A stretch of DNA of 64,000 nucleotides from an uncultured Actinomycetota bacterium (GTDB lineage Bacteria; Actinomycetota; Thermoleophilia; Gaiellales; F1-60-MAGs149), in NCBI GenBank assembly GCA_963767885.1, contig CAVYFW010000003.1, positions 218,628 to 282,627 on the forward strand, read 5' to 3'. Below the pieces are notes generated by a model. The model made no database searches, was not told where the DNA came from, and saw only the letters and a list, made by a program, of their open reading frames with translations. Below, piece by piece: positions 1 through 8,838 of the stretch; positions within the stretch are counted from its first letter, which is position 1; each line of letters starts with the position of its first letter. The position numbers and the translations under genes were made by a program.

Positions 1-1110
1 TGGAGCTCGGCGTCTCCGGCTTCCGCGTCGACGCCGTCCCGTTCTTCCTGGAGACGGCCGGCGATCGCGGACGGCGACCGGACCTCGCCCGACCCGCACG
101 ACTACCTCCGCGAGCTGCGCGCGTTCCTCGGCCGCCGCAGCGGCGACGCCATCCTGCTCGGGCGAGGTCAACCTGCCGCACGCGGACCAGCGGCGCTTCT
201 TCGGCGGCGACGGACGGCGACGAGCTGACGATGCTGTTCGACTTCATCGGGATGCAGAAGCTGTACCTGTCGCTGGCCCGGCGGCGACGCCGCGCCCGCT
301 GGCCGAGGCCCTGCCGCCGCGGCCGCGGATCCCGCACGACGTCGCAGTGGGCGACGTTCGTGCGCAACCACGACGAGCTGACGCTCGACAAGCTCACCGA
401 CGACGGAGCGGCAGGAGGTGTTCGCCGCCTTCGGCCCGGACCCGGACATGCAGATCTACGGCCGCGGCCTGCGCCGCCGGCTGCCGCCGATGCTCGGACG
501 GCGACCCGCGCCGCATCCGGATGGTCTACAGCCTGCTGTTCTCGCTGCCCGGCACGCCGGTGCTGTTCTACGGCGAGGAGATCGGCATGGGCGAGAACCT
601 CGCCGCCGAGGGTCGCATGGCGGTGCGCACGCCGATGCAGTGGACGCCGGGCCGCAACGGCGGCTTCTCGACCGCGCCGCCGTCGCGCGCTGGCCGGCCC
701 GGTGACCGAGGGCGGGTTCGGCCCGGAGCACGTGAACGTCGAGGACGCAGCGGCGCGACCCCGACTCGCTGCTCTCCTTCGTGCACGCTGCTGGTCCGCC
801 GCTACCGCGAGTGCCCGGAGCTCGGCTGGGGCGAGCTTCGAGGTCCTCGACCAGCCGCACCCGGCGGTGCTCGCCCACCGCTCGCACGTGGGACGACGCG
901 TCGACGGTCGCCCTGCACAACCTGTCGGCCGAGCGCGGCGCACGTGCCGCTGCGGCTGGACGACTGCGACGAGGAGACGCGGCTGGTCGACCTGCTGGTG
1001 GACGGCATCACGCACGCTCGACGCGCGCGGCCGGGTCGAGATCGCCGCTCGACGGCTACGGCTACCGCTGGCTGCGGGTGGTGCCGGCGGGCAGCACGCT
1101 GCTGGCGTAG
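1..1110 (+). pseudogene. GH13 alpha-amylase-family enzyme, trehalose-synthase-like, 3' part (5' end outside window); frame broken roughly ten or more times
   Basis: Family motifs are scattered over all three + frames: GFRVDAVPFFLE (from nt 3), MLFDFIGMQKLYLSLA and FVRNHDELTLDKLTDD (ORF 231..), LFSLPGTPVLFYGEEIGMGEN..RTPMQWTPGRNGGFS (ORF 347..), FGPDPDMQIYGRGLRRRL (ORF 418..), LDGYGYRWLRVV then stop at 1108-1110 (ORF 781..1110). Confidence 0.8.
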
Positions 1111-1127
1111 CGCGGCGGGCCCTACGG

Positions 1128-1427
1128 CTAGCGGTGGTCATCGAGCACGATCTCGTGCCACGTCTCGGAGTGTCCGCCGGCCTCGGCGCCCTCGAGCGCC
1201 TCGCGGGTCTCCTGGAAGCCGGGGCTGTGGTGCCACGCCTCCCAGTCCTCACGGCGCTCCCACGTGCCGATGACGACCCGCTCGTCGCCGTCTTCGACGG
1301 GCGAGCCGAGCTGCACGGCGATCCAGCCGGGCTGGTCGCGAACGCTGGCGATGCGTCGGCGGAAGGCGGCGTCCCAGGCCTCCTCCTGCCCGGGCCGCAG
1401 GCGCACGCGGGTGACGACGGTCATCAT
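1128..1427 (-). CDS. Antibiotic-biosynthesis-monooxygenase (ABM/Dabb) domain protein, 99 aa
   Basis: Intact ORF. The sequence VTRVRLRPGQEEAWDAAF..WIAVQL..VVIGTWERREDWEAWHHSP is typical of the ABM fold. Confidence 0.75.
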   Translation of the reverse strand: MMTVVTRVRLRPGQEEAWDAAFRRRIASVRDQPGWIAVQLGSPVEDGDERVVIGTWERREDWEAWHHSPGFQETREALEGAEAGGHSETWHEIVLDDHR

Positions 1428-1498
1428 GGCTGCCTCGATTCGCTCGGCGGACGGGAGTTGGCTTCCCGGACCGGCCCGGGGTTAGGCATCGGAGCGCC

Positions 1499-2150
1499 TC
1501 AGCTCCCGGCCCGCAGGTACGCCAGCACCGCCAGCACGCGGCGGTGGTCGTCGGTCGACTGCTCGAGCCCGAGCTTGCGGAAGATCTGCCCCACGTTCGC
1601 CTCGACGGTCTTCGGGCTCAGGTAGAGAGCGCGGCAGATCGCGGCGTTGCTGCGCCCCTCGGCGAGCAGGGCGAGCACCTCGCGCTCGCGCTCCGTGAGC
1701 TCGTCCAGCGGACCCGCCTGCCGCGCGCGCTTGCACGAGCCGCGAGACGATCGTCGGGTCGATCACGCACTCGCCCTCGTGGATGCGGCGCAGGGCGTCC
1801 GCGATCACCGCGACGTCCGACACGCGGTCCTTCAGCAGGTAGCCGACCCGCTCCGGCGCCTCCTCCAGCAGGCGCGTCGCGTAGCGCGACTCCAGGTACT
1901 GCGAGAGCACGAGCACGCCGACGGTCGGGTACGCGGCGCGGATCGCCTGTGCCGCCGCCAGGCCCTCGTCGGTGTGCGTCGGCGGCATCTTGATGTCGAC
2001 GATGGCGACATCCGGGCGGCGCAGCTCGACCCGCCGCAGCAGGCCCTCGGCGTCCTCGGCCGTTCCCACCACCTCGAAGCCCGCCTCGACGAGCAGACGG
2101 GCCAGGCCCTCGCGCACCAGCACCGAGTCGTCGGCGATCACGAGCCGCAC
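1499..2150 (-). pseudogene. NarL/LuxR-family response regulator (REC + LuxR HTH), one frameshift near 1725
   Basis: The receiver (VRLVIADDSVLVREG..PDVAIVDIKMP..VLVLSQY..YLLKD) is in the frame of ORF 1482..3857. The HTH (LTEREREVLALLAEGRSNAAICRALYLSPKTVEANVGQIFRKLGL..AYLRAGS, stop at 1499-1501) is in another frame. The GTG start at 2150 (or 2141) overlaps the kinase stop at 2138-2140. Confidence 0.85.
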
Positions 2151-3857
2151 GGGATCTCCGCGCGGATCGTGACGGCGCCGCCCGCCGCACGGGCCACCGC
2201 CAGCGACCCGTCGAGCGCCAGGATGCGATCCTCCAGGTCGAGCAGGCCGTCGGGCTCCGCGGCTGCCTCCACCTCGACGACCAGCACGCCGTCGCGCTGC
2301 GCGGCCGTCACCTTCGCCGGCCCGGCCCGCGACGCCGCCGCGACGACGAGGTACGCCGCCGTCTCGGCAGCCGGCGGGAAGCGGCCCTCCGGGGCGCCGA
2401 GGATGCGGAGCGGGGTCGACGCGCCCTCCGACAGCGACTCGAACGCCGCCGCCGCGCCCTCGTCGGTCAGCACCGCGGGGTGGATGCCGTGCGCGAGCTC
2501 GCGCAGCTCGTCGACCGCCAGGCGGAGCTCGGCCTCCGCCGCCGCGAGCCGCGCCACCGCCTCGGGGTCGGCGTCGCCGAGGCGCCCCCGCAGCAGCCGG
2601 AGGGCCAGCGCGAGCGAGACGAGCCGCTGCTGGGCGCCGTCGTGGAGGTCGCGCTCCAGGCGCCGGCGCTCGGCGTCGCCGGCCTCGACGATGCGCGCGC
2701 GCGACGAGCGCAGCTCCGCGAGCTGCGCGCGCGCCTGCGCCTGCAGCCGCTCGTGCTCCAGCGCCAGGCCCGCGGCCGCGGCCACGTCCTGGACGCGCTC
2801 GGCGCGATCGGCCAGGCCGGGGTCGTGGAGCAGGACGGCGACCGTGCGGCCGTCCCGGACGAACGGCGTCGCCACCCGGTCGGGCCGCGCGTCGAGCACG
2901 ACGGGGCTGCCATCGGCCGCCGCGAAGCGGCCGTCGCCGACGGGGTACGCGACCTCGATGTCGGGTTCGCCGAGCGCGTCCGCGAGCCCGCGTCGCAGCC
3001 CGCCGGCGGACGCGGGGCCGCCCAGCTGCACGACCAGGCCCGCGACGCGGCGGCGCGTGTGCCGCGACTCCAGCAGGCCCCAGCCGACCGCCAGGCCGAG
3101 CCCCGACAGGGCCGCTGCCTGGCCGAGCCACAGCCGGCGCTCCAGCTCGCCGTTGCCGACGAACGCCTGGTCGAGGTTGGCGGCGAACGTCCACGCGACC
3201 AGCGCGAGGTAGGCACAGCCAGTCAGGACCACGGGGCCGACGACCCGGCGCCGGCCGGGGCGCGAGCGCGCGAGCCGCCACGCGGCGACGCCGGCGAGCA
3301 GGACGGCCGAGGCGAGCCCGAGCCACATCCCCGGCCCGGCCCAGCCGGTCGACGAGGTCCGCGTCGCCGTGCACCAGCAGCAGGTTGTCGGGGCACTGGC
3401 TGCACCCCTGAGCGGCCGGGTCGTACGCCAGCGCGGGCAGCACGCCGAGCACGAGCAGCCCGGTCGCGAGCGCCACGGCGACGGCCGCCCGCTCGAGCGG
3501 TGCGTGCAGCCTGCCGTCCGGGTACGCCAGCAGCGCCCAGCCGGCGAGCGCGGGGCACACGGCGCCGAGCGCGAGCCCGATCGTGAACACGACCGGCGAC
3601 CCGACTCCCGGGTTGTCCCACTCGGCGACGAACCAGGCGGCGCCGGTGAGCGCGAGCAGCGGCCCGACGGCGTTGCCGGGACGGCGCAGCGCGAACGCCG
3701 CGCCGCTCGCGATCAGGGCCCAGCCGGCGACGCAGAGCGCGAGGGAGGCGGCGAACGACCCACCCGCCGGCGAGTACGCGGGCGTCGCGCGGGCGACCGC
3801 GAGCGAGTACCCACCGAGCACGAGCCCGACCGCCGCGAGCGGGATCGTCAGCCGCAT
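2138..3857 (-). pseudogene. Membrane sensor histidine kinase, HisKA_3 family (HK1): H-box present, HATPase motifs degenerate; one frameshift near 3330-3350
   Basis: The N-terminal multi-pass sensor (MRLTIPLAAVGLVLGG.. from ATG 3857) is in the frame of ORF 1482..3857. The cytoplasmic part is ORF 2138..3328 with H-box ERDLHDGAQQRL. The C-terminal domain lacks the N, G1 and G2 boxes (YLVVAAASRAGPAKV..VEVEAAAEPDGLLDLEDRI). Confidence 0.85.
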
Positions 3858-3907
3858 GTGGCCATCGTCTCATACGGCACGCGTCCCGCCGCGGTGCTGC
3901 CCTTGCA

Positions 3908-3925
3908 CCGGACCAGGGCTAGCCC
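3908..3925. promoter_or_regulatory. Shared 18-nt motif CCGGACCAGGGCTAGCCC (palindromic core GGGCTAGCCC) in the HK1 / DctP-like divergent intergenic region
   Basis: Its reverse complement matches 17 of 18 nt with 7928..7945, upstream of the second two-component module. A second shared 10-mer, TGTGGAGCCG, lies at 3961..3970 (its complement is at 7918..7927). Confidence 0.35.
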
Positions 3926-4016
3926 CATGCTTGGCGGCAGCTGTCGAGGGGGCGCCCCGATGTGGAGCCGGAGCACCGGGCCTAGCGTCGAGGCGACCCA
4001 CGACAGGAGGTGCCCG

Positions 4017-5901
4017 ATGCAGTCCAGAAGCGTTCTCCGTCTCGCGGCGGCGACGGTCATGACCAGCCTCGTCCTCAGCTCGGCCGGCTGCGGCGACGCC
4101 ACGAGCGGGAGCGGCGACAAGGCCGGCGGCGAGGATCCGGCGCAGCCGCGCGTCCTCACGCTGGCCAGCCAGACCGGCATCCCAACGCAGATCGAGGCGT
4201 TCGCGAGGGAGGTCCAGAAGCGCTCCAACGGAACCCTCACGATCCGCTTCGAGGACGGCTGGCGCCACGGCGAGAACGGCTACGAGCAGGCCGTGCTCGA
4301 CGACCTCAAGGCAGGCAAGGTCGATCTGGCGTGGGTCGGCGCGCGCGCGTTCGACATGGTCGGCGCCGACGACTTCCAGGCACTGCTCGCCCCGCTCCTC
4401 GTCGATAGCTACGACCTCGAGGGGCGTGTCTTCGCCGCCGGCATCCCCGCGCGGATGCTGGCGGGCGTCGACGTCCCCGGCGTCGTCGGGCTCGGCGTGC
4501 TGCCCGGCCCGATGCGCAAGGTGCTCGGCGTCTCCGAACCGGTCGTAGGCCCCGACGACTTCGCGGGCCGGGTCGTCGGCCTCTCGGACGGCGGCGTGGC
4601 GCGGCAGACGCTGGAAGCGCTCGGTGCGACACCGAGGCCGCTGCCGGCGGAGGCGAAGCTCGACGGGCTCGACGCGTTCGAGCAGCAGATCTCGTCGATC
4701 GCCGGCAACTCGTACGACCAGGGCGCCACCGCGGTCACCGCCAACCTCAACATGTGGCCGCGTCCGCTCGTGCTCGTGACCGGCAAGGATCTGCTCGCGT
4801 CGCTCTCGCCGGACGCAGCAGGCCGCGCTCCGCGACGCGGGCGCGGCGACCGTGGACGAGGCGCTCGCGCTCACGAAGGCCGACGAGGCCGAGTCGGCTG
4901 CGATCCTCTGTCGGCGCGGGCTCACCTTCGCGACGGCGTCGGCCGGTGACCTCGCGGCGCTGCGCACCGCGGTCGAGCCGGTGTACGCGAGCCTCTCGGC
5001 CGACCCGGCGACGAAGGCCTACCTGGACGAGATCGCTGCGCTGAAGCAGCAGGTCGCCGCAGGCGCCGACGCGTCCCCGTGCGACGCCTCGTCCTCGACG
5101 GCGGCCGCGGCGACGATCCCGGACGGCCGCGACTCGTCGAAGGACGCGACGATCGACGGCGTCTACCGCACGACCATCAGCCGCGAGGAGCTCGAGTCGA
5201 CGCCCCTGCTGCTCGCCGCCGACGAGGTCAACGACATGAACTGGGGCGACATGACCTTGACGCTCGCCGACGGGCGCGCGACCTGGGAGCAGGCGAACGA
5301 CCTCGCGCACTTCTCGACCTCGGGCACCTACGAGGTCGACGGCGATGCGATCAGGCTCGCGTTCAGCGAGGGCGAGGTGGCCGGCGAGCAGTTCGCCGCC
5401 CACTGGAGCCTGTACCACGACACGCTCACGTTCACCCGCGACGACGAGCTCGGCGTCCTCCCAACGCCGTTCCTGCTGGAGCCGTGGCAGCGCAGCGACG
5501 CGCTGGCGGACGACTCGGACGCCGCGGTCGCCGCGCCAACGCCGATCGACGGCACGTGGGAGTACACGACGACCAAGGCGGACTTCCCCGACGAGCCGAA
5601 CATCGACGAGGAGAACTACGGCTTCTACCGCTTCGTGCTGGACGGCGGCCACTTCGAGATGACGCAGAAGAACGGCCCGTCCGACCGCTGGACGCGGGGC
5701 AGCTACACGGTCACCGGCGACACCGTCGAGTTCGAGGTCGAGGACTACGGCGGCGACGCGCCCAACGGCGCGATCGAGAAGACCGGCGAGCTCTTCGCGT
5801 TCGCGTGGAGCCTCTACCGCGACACGCTCACGATGGGGCCGGTGCCGGGCGCCATCTCGCCCGAGAACTTCACGGCGAAGCCGTGGACTCGGGTCGAGTA
5901 G
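4017..5901 (+). pseudogene. Lipoprotein: TRAP-type (DctP-like) solute-binding domain fused to a tandemly duplicated C-terminal domain; one frameshift near 4812
   Basis: RBS ACAGGAGG precedes ATG 4017, and there is a lipobox LVLSSAGC. The DctP-like body (LTIRFEDGW..LKAGKVDLAWVGARAF..GLGVLPGPMRK..FAGRVVGL) is in ORF 3369..4949 and continues in ORF 4852..5901. The C-terminal region has two similar modules ending WSLYHDTLTF and WSLYRDTLTM. Confidence 0.75.
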
Positions 5902-5948
5902 CCGCGGCCGCGTGGTAGCACGGTAGGGGGCGGCCGGCGCGCCGCCCC

Positions 5949-7530
5949 CTACGGCTGCCCGGACGCCGGGATGCGCGCCTCGAGCTCGGTGCCGCCCGCC
6001 CCGGCGGCACGCACGGCGAGGCGGCCGCCCAGCGCCTCGACCCGGTCGGCGAGCCCCCGCAGCCCCGAGCCCGACGGGTCGGCGCCGCCCCGGCCGTCGT
6101 CCGTGACGGTCACGACCACGTCGCCGTCGACCACCTCCACGAGCACGCTCGCGCGGGTCGCGCCGGCGTGCTTGGCGACGTTCGCGAGCGCCTCCGAGCA
6201 GACGAAGTACGCGGCGGCCTCCACCGCGGGCGTCTGGCGTTCGACGGCGACGTCGAGCTGGACGGGCACCGCGGATCGCGCGGCCAGCTCGGGCAGCGCC
6301 GCGGCCAGCCCGCCGTCGGCCAGCGCGCGCGGCCGGATGCCCTGCGCGAAGTCGCGCAGCTCCCCGCGGGCGCCGCGCAGCTCGTCCTCGACGGCCGCGA
6401 ACAGCGGATCCGAGGGGCCGTCCACCCCCTCGTGGGCCGTTGCGACGAGCTCCTCCACGCGGGCCAGGCGCCGCTCCGCGCCGTTGCGGAGCTCGCGCTC
6501 GATGCGCCGCCGCTGGGCATCGCCGGCCTCGACGATGCGGCGGCGCGAGGCGGCGAGCTCGAGCACGCGCTCGCGCACGTCCGCCTGCAGCCGCGCGTTG
6601 GAGAGCGCGAGCCGCGCCGCGGCGGCGACCGACTCGATCAGCGCCGGGTCGGCCAGGACCGCCTCGTCGTGGACCAGCACCGCGATCGGCACGCCGTCCT
6701 CGGCGAGCCGGGTGACGGCCCGGCCGGCGCCCGGCTCGGGGATCTCGACCGGGCGCCCGGCATCGTCGACGTACCGCTCCTCGCCGGGCAGGCGGTAGCC
6801 GACGACGAGCGAGCGATCGCCGAGCGCGCGGCCCAGCTCGTCCTGCAGGGTGCGCGTGTCGGAGCGCTTGCCGAGGTCGATGACGAGGCCGGCGACCACC
6901 GCCTCCGACCACCGCCCGCGCAGCAGGTCGACGCAGAGCACGACGGCCAGCGCCGGCGATGACGGCGTCGTACGTCCACAGCACGCCGCGGTCGGCGCCC
7001 CAGCCCGCGAGGCGGTCGACGGCGCCCAGCGCCAGCACCCCCGCGTACGCGAGGGCCGCTGCCAGCGCGGGCACGCCCGCCCGGCGCGCGGGTCCCGACG
7101 CGCGTGCGTACCCCTCGATCGCGGCGGCGGCGACCAGTGCGGCGAGCGCGAGCGTCAGCGCGTCGTCGCGGGCGAACGGCTCGACGATCGCATCGACGTA
7201 CGCGAGCACCACGGTGGCGAGGGCCAGGCGGCGCAGCAGGCGCCCGGTCGGGTACGAGATGTGCACGTGGACGAGCGGCCCGCGGTGCAGGTAGAGCGCC
7301 GCGGGCCAGAAGTTGCCCGCGAACCAGGTGAAGCCGGCGAGCGCCATCAGCGCGCCGATGCGGCTCTCGGGCCGTCGCTGCCACGCGACGACGCCGCAGG
7401 TCACCAGCACGCAGCCCACGACGCCGTCGGCGATGAGCAGCGGGAGGTCGCCGCCGTGGTACGACCTCCACTCGGCCGCGACGGCGACCGCGACGGCCAG
7501 CGGCACGAGCGCGAGTCGCAGCGCGCGCAC
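5949..7530 (-). pseudogene. Membrane sensor kinase paralogue, HisKA_3 family (HK2): intact HATPase motifs but H-box His-Asp replaced by Arg-Asn; one frameshift near 6942-6960
   Basis: The N-terminal membrane part starts at ATG 7530 (MRALRLALVPLAVAV.., ORF 4747..7530). The cytoplasmic part is ORF 5949..6941. The H-box position reads ERELRNGAERRL. N box SEALANVAKHA, G1 TDDGRGG and G2 GSGLRGLADR are all present. Confidence 0.85.
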
Positions 7531-7533
7531 GCG

Positions 7534-7890
7534 CTACCGGGGGGCGAGCGCGGCGAGCGCGGCCCCGCTGAGCTCGCTCTTGGGGATGAAGCCCCGCGCG
7601 AGGCTGCGCTGCAGCCGCCGGCGGTAGGACGCCGGGTCGCGGCTCGACGTCAGCACCACCGAGGGCCCGCCGGCGCCGCCGGTGAGCGCGTCGCACACGG
7701 CGAAGCCGTCCATGTCGGGGAGGGCGACGTCGAGCAGCACGAGCTCCGGCCCCAGCCGCGCCGCCTCGGCGATCGCGGACGCGCCGTCGTGCGCTTCGCC
7801 GACGACCTCGAATCCCTCGGCCTCGAGCAGCGCACGGGCGAAGGACCGGAACCCGGCGTGGTCGTCGACGATCAGGACGGTCGCCGCCAC
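7534..7890 (-). CDS. Stand-alone receiver (CheY-like) response regulator, 118 aa
   Basis: GTG start at 7890. Receiver signature: VLIVDDH, LVLLDVALPDMDG, VVLTSS, FIPK. No output domain. It ends 4 nt before the HK2 start. Confidence 0.85.
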   Translation of the reverse strand: MAATVLIVDDHAGFRSFARALLEAEGFEVVGEAHDGASAIAEAARLGPELVLLDVALPDMDGFAVCDALTGGAGGPSVVLTSSRDPASYRRRLQRSLARGFIPKSELSGAALAALAPR

Positions 7891-7927
7891 ACGGTGATCG
7901 TGGCAGGCGGCGGGGCGCGGCTCCACA

Positions 7928-7945
7928 GGGCTAGCCCTGGACCGG
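7928..7945. promoter_or_regulatory. Second copy of the shared motif (GGGCTAGCCCTGGACCGG) inside the 14-nt perfect palindrome CAGGGCTAGCCCTG
   Basis: Lies about 40 nt upstream of the receiver gene start (7890), in the intergenic region divergent from the secreted-protein gene at 8049. Confidence 0.35.
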
Positions 7946-8048
7946 CGGGAGCGGCGCACGGACCCTGCACAGCGCTTCCACACCGGGTCGCCGCACCCTC
8001 CTCGTACGGCGCTGGCAGGGAGCCGGCGCACCGACCAAGGAGTGGGGA

Positions 8049-8654
8049 ATGTCCGACACGGCCACCACCACCAGCGTTCGCGCCGCACGCCTCCGGCGCT
8101 CGTCCGCCGGCCGCCTCCTGCGGCGCGTGGCGCTCCCGGCGCTGCTCGCCACGGCCGCCCTCGTCGCGGCGGCGCCCGCCGGGGCCGTCACGACCACGGT
8201 GTCCAAGGGCGTCCCCGGCAAGGCCGCCAGGCCGCCGGTCTACGGCACGTACGGCGCCAACGGCGACTCCGTCATCACCGTGCCCTGGCGCCGCGTGACC
8301 GAGTCCCGGCGGTACGCCCGCTACGACCAGTGGGTCTGCGTCACGCCGCGCCTGTACCACGCCTACACGCCGGACTGGGGCACGCCGGACTGGGTCCTGG
8401 ACTCGAAGTCGACCAGCTGCGCGTGGATCGCGGCGGGCGCGAGGTACGCCGACATCGACGGCGTCGACTTCACCGGCCCTGTCGGCCTGTTCGGCTACGG
8501 CGTGGACGTCGTCGTGACGTGGTCGCTGAGCAACGGCAGGGTCATCGGCAAGCGCGTCTACGACTACGACCTCCAGAGCGACTACGTGTGCCAGAACGGC
8601 GGCTGCTACACGGGCGACGGCGTCCTCGGCGGGTTCGTCATGATGGACTTCTAG
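8049..8654 (+). CDS. Secreted hypothetical protein, 201 aa, four Cys
   Basis: RBS AAGGAG precedes the ATG. Arg-rich n-region plus hydrophobic signal (RLLRRVALPALLATAALVAAAPAGA). Intact, with a non-repetitive mature sequence. I recognise no family. Confidence 0.7.
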   Translation: MSDTATTTSVRAARLRRSSAGRLLRRVALPALLATAALVAAAPAGAVTTTVSKGVPGKAARPPVYGTYGANGDSVITVPWRRVTESRRYARYDQWVCVTPRLYHAYTPDWGTPDWVLDSKSTSCAWIAAGARYADIDGVDFTGPVGLFGYGVDVVVTWSLSNGRVIGKRVYDYDLQSDYVCQNGGCYTGDGVLGGFVMMDF

Positions 8655-8660
8655 GTCGTC

Positions 8661-8680
8661 GCGTCCGGGGCTCCGGACGC
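8661..8680 (+). terminator. Candidate stem-loop terminator GCGTCCGG-ggct-CCGGACGC
   Basis: Perfect 8-bp stem with a 4-nt loop, starting 7 nt after the stop of 8049..8654. No U-tract. Confidence 0.35.
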
Positions 8681-8838
8681 GGGACGGGCCGTCGGCTCGT
8701 CGGGTGCGCGTCACCCGCGAGCCGGCGGCCCTTCGCGCGTTCCGGCCGGCGCCGGCCGGTCCATCGCATCCCCGCGACCCGGCTCCGTAAGCTCTGGCGA
8801 CCCCGGCGGTTCCACGGTCAGACAACCGGAGGTCCTCC

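Noticed and set aside
1482-3857. 791-aa ORF reading as a single protein
   Set aside because: It is chimeric. Only its first roughly 170 aa (kinase membrane domain) and its last roughly 210 aa (response regulator) make sense. The middle is an off-frame reading of the kinase, whose real frame is ORF 2138..3328.
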